A stretch of DNA of 64,000 nt. It comes from an uncultured Trueperaceae bacterium. GTDB lineage: Bacteria > Deinococcota > Deinococci > Deinococcales > Trueperaceae. The notes under the pieces are model-generated. The model was not told where the DNA came from and did not search any database. It saw only the letters and a program-made list of their open reading frames with translations. The position numbers were made by a program, and so were the translations under genes. Within the stretch, counting starts at the first letter, position 1. Every line of letters starts with the position of its first letter. Shown here one piece after another: positions 61,385 to 64,000 of this stretch. Where the stretch lies: assembly GCA_963727505.1 (NCBI GenBank), contig CAVSGP010000015.1, positions 32,001 to 96,000 of the forward strand, written 5' to 3'.

Positions 61385-61583
61385 GCGGGGTCGAAGGTAC
61401 GGCGGAACTGCGGCGCAGGCGGGATCCGGCCGCAACGTACTGGAGTGAGCGGGGGGAACGGACGGCGGGCCGGCTCCGGGCCGGCCCGGAGGGACGGTCG
61501 TCGTGGGCGCCGGACGTGGGCGCTGCACCGGAAGCGGGAGCGAACGGCCGCGCGACGGGGGACGACGTGCCGCCCCGGGGACG

Positions 61584-62918
61584 TCACATCAGGCTGGACT
61601 TGAGGTCGCGCACGGTGCTGGCCAGCGCCTTGTCTGACTCGATCTGGTCGGTGACCTTGTGGACGGCGTAGATCACGGTGGAGTGGTCGCGGCCGGAGAA
61701 GAACTGGCCGATCTCGGGATACGAGTGGGGCGTCAGCTCGCGGATGAGAAACATAGCGATCTGGCGCGGCACCACCAGCTCCTGCCGGCGGCCCTTGCCC
61801 CGGACGTCGGCCGTGTTGACCTCGAAGCGCTCAGCGGTGACGCGCAGGATGTCGTCCATGGTGAGGTTCAACTCGCCCGGCGCGAAGACGTCCGAGAGCG
61901 CCTTGGCGACCGTTTGCTGGTCGAGGGTCGCCTGGTTCATCGAGGCGAACACGATGGCGCGCACCAGCGCTCCCTCGAGCTCGCGGATGTTCGAGGTCAC
62001 ATGGCGCGCGATGTAGTCGATGACCTCCGAGGGCACCTTCACGCCGCGGTACTCGGCGTTCATCTTCAGGATCGCCATGCGCGTCTCCAGTTCTGGTGCC
62101 TGGATGTCGGTGATGAGGCCCCACTCGAAGCGGCTGCGCAGCCGCTTCTCGAGCGTGGGAATGTCCTTCGGGGGACGATCGGAGGACAGGATGATCTGCT
62201 TGCCGGACTCGTAGAGCGCGTTGAAGGTGTGGAAGAACTCCTCCTGGGTACGCTCCTTGCCCGCGATGAACTGGATGTCGTCGATCAGAAGGAGGTCGAT
62301 GCTGCGGTAGCGGTCACGGAAGGACACCATGCGATCCTCGCGGATCGCGTTGATCATCTCGTTGGTGAAGGCTTCCGTGGTGGCATATTCGACGACAAGG
62401 TTCGGATAGCGCTCCGCGACCGCGTGGCCGACGGCGTGCATCAGGTGCGTCTTGCCGAGGCCGGCATCCCCGTAGAGGAACAGGGGGTTGTAGGCGCGGC
62501 CCGGCGACTCGGCCACGGCCAGGGCGGCGGCGTGCGCCAGGTTGTTGTTCGGCCCCACTACGAAATTCGTGAAGACGTACTTGGGGTTGAGACGGGCCTT
62601 GGGGGCGCGCACTGCCGGAGCGGTCTCCTGGTGCGCACTGAACATGTCCTGCTGTTCGATGGTCTGGAAGGGCACGACCTGGAAGGCGACGCGCGGTGTG
62701 TCCGCACCGAGGTCGGCCAGCGCACGCTCGATGACCTCCGCGTAGTGCCCCTTGAGCCAGTCGCGAGCGAAGGAGTGGGGCACCCCCACCAGGAAGGCGC
62801 CGTTCTCGAAGCCGAGCGGTTTCACCTGGCGGAACCAGGTGTGGAACTCGACCTCCGGGATCTCCTCCCGGAGCGCCTCGAGGATGTCCTCCCAGATCGC
62901 TTCGTCGCGGCTCAACAT
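61584..62918 (-). CDS. dnaA: Chromosomal replication initiator DnaA
   Basis: [51 protein letters not shown]. Confidence 0.99.
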   Translation of the reverse strand: MLSRDEAIWEDILEALREEIPEVEFHTWFRQVKPLGFENGAFLVGVPHSFARDWLKGHYAEVIERALADLGADTPRVAFQVVPFQTIEQQDMFSAHQETAPAVRAPKARLNPKYVFTNFVVGPNNNLAHAAALAVAESPGRAYNPLFLYGDAGLGKTHLMHAVGHAVAERYPNLVVEYATTEAFTNEMINAIREDRMVSFRDRYRSIDLLLIDDIQFIAGKERTQEEFFHTFNALYESGKQIILSSDRPPKDIPTLEKRLRSRFEWGLITDIQAPELETRMAILKMNAEYRGVKVPSEVIDYIARHVTSNIRELEGALVRAIVFASMNQATLDQQTVAKALSDVFAPGELNLTMDDILRVTAERFEVNTADVRGKGRRQELVVPRQIAMFLIRELTPHSYPEIGQFFSGRDHSTVIYAVHKVTDQIESDKALASTVRDLKSSLM

Positions 62919-63181
62919 TCCAGCGGTGTTCCTCTCGCCCGCCCAGCGGCAGGTCCTGTCAATTGCCTGGCGGGACGAGTGCGACCGAGGACGGTCCCGG
63001 TCGGACGGTCCCGGCCTACAGCGTCACGTTGCTGCGCCGAGGGCGATCCTGGCGCGGGCCGCACCCGGCGGGCGCCAGGCCGTGCCGATGCGGAGCTTCA
63101 GGGAGGCAGTCTATCAGAAGGCGACGGCCGGTCTGGGGGTTGGCCGCGGAGGCCTCGGAAGCCACCGCGGGGCCTGGTCGC

Positions 63182-63240
63182 GGGGCCTGTTACGGGGCCT
63201 GTTACGGGGCCTGTTGGGGGGCCTGTTGGGGGGCCGTTGC
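63182..63240 (+). repeat. Imperfect 12-nt tandem repeat GGGGCCTGTT(AC/GG), about 5 copies
   Basis: Read directly in the dnaA-mnmG spacer. Confidence 0.85.
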
Positions 63241-63445
63241 GGGGCTCGGGCGGGGCCTGGTCGCGGGACCGGATGCAAGGGGTTGAGACGGGGGGCGAGG
63301 CGGCGGCGCGCGGAGGCGGGACGCGTTGCGGAGGGGGCGGCGCGGGGCGTGGTTGCGGGGTAGGCTGCAGGGCAAAGGATGTGCGGCACGGGAGCGCGCG
63401 AGGCGGCCCCGTGCCGCACCGCCAACAGGGAAGGGTGGAAAGGGC

Positions 63446-64000
63446 ATGCAGTTCGACGTGATTGTCGTCGGAGGCGGTCACGCCGGGATCGAGGCGAGCG
63501 TCGCTGCGGCGAGGCTGGGGGCGCGCACAGCGCTGGTGCTCCCGAATCCCGACAAGATCGGCGTGATGCCGTGCAACCCCGCCATCGGCGGGCCCGGGAA
63601 GTCGCAGCTCGTGTACGAGATCGTCGCGCTCGGGGGCGTGATGGGACAGCTCGCCGACGAGACGGCCATCCACGCTCGAACGCTGAACGCCAGCAAGGGG
63701 CCCGCGGTCCAATCGCTACGCGTGCAGAACGAGCGCGACGGGTACGCCGCCGCGGCCCGTGCCCTGGTGGAGTCGACGGCCGGGGTGGAGATCGTGCGGG
63801 CCGAGGTGGCGGCAGTGTCGGTGGAGGACGGCGCCGTTGCCGGGGTCGAGACCACGGATGGAAGGGTCCTGCGTGCGCCCAGCGTCGTGCTGTGTACCGG
63901 CACGTTCCTGGCGGGGGTCGTGTGGTACGGCAAGCAACAGCGTCCGGCCGGCAGGCAGGGGGAGGCGCCGGCGCGTCATCTGTCGGGCAGCCTGCGGGCT
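63446..64000 (+). CDS. mnmG: tRNA uridine 5-carboxymethylaminomethyl modification enzyme MnmG/GidA (3' truncated by window)
   Basis: Translated by hand: [48 protein letters not shown]. Confidence 0.95.
   Translation, partial: MQFDVIVVGGGHAGIEASVAAARLGARTALVLPNPDKIGVMPCNPAIGGPGKSQLVYEIVALGGVMGQLADETAIHARTLNASKGPAVQSLRVQNERDGYAAAARALVESTAGVEIVRAEVAAVSVEDGAVAGVETTDGRVLRAPSVVLCTGTFLAGVVWYGKQQRPAGRQGEAPARHLSGSLRA

Noticed and set aside
63344..63388. Possible sixth copy of the 45-bp dispersed repeat (also a weak one near 14955-14998)
   Set aside because: Only short partial matches, not distinguishable from chance in GC-rich DNA.

Overview
Very GC-rich bacterial chromosome segment that includes the replication origin. 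The double-OB-fold SSB, the mnmG<-dnaA-oriC-dnaN-eno-pyk order and leaderless -10 boxes point to Deinococcota, possibly Trueperaceae-like (inference). Housekeeping content: kup, acs-satP, an M16 protease pair, two HD-GYP proteins, a hem operon (hemA-C-D-B-HK-RR-hemE-F-H ... hemY), rpsF-ssb-rpsR-rplI, pyk, eno, dnaN, dnaA and partial mnmG. Three loci stand out. (1) A five-gene cassette between hemH and hemY: stand-alone C39 peptidase, Lnt-type N-acyltransferase, an exported precursor with an internal double-glycine site followed by CxxC/poly-Gly and a beta-rich domain, an unknown exported protein, and a TolC-like protein. (2) A single ORF fusing a membrane-anchored GGDEF diguanylate cyclase to a motif-complete class I terpene synthase. 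(3) A DoxX operon with tandem Cys-bearing exported proteins, preceded by Rex-like and CsoR/CstR-like palindromes. Also present: a 45-bp dispersed repeat in inverted pairs and pervasive short tandem duplications. I recognised no rRNA, tRNA, CRISPR array or transposase. All calls come from reading motifs by eye; no database search was run.
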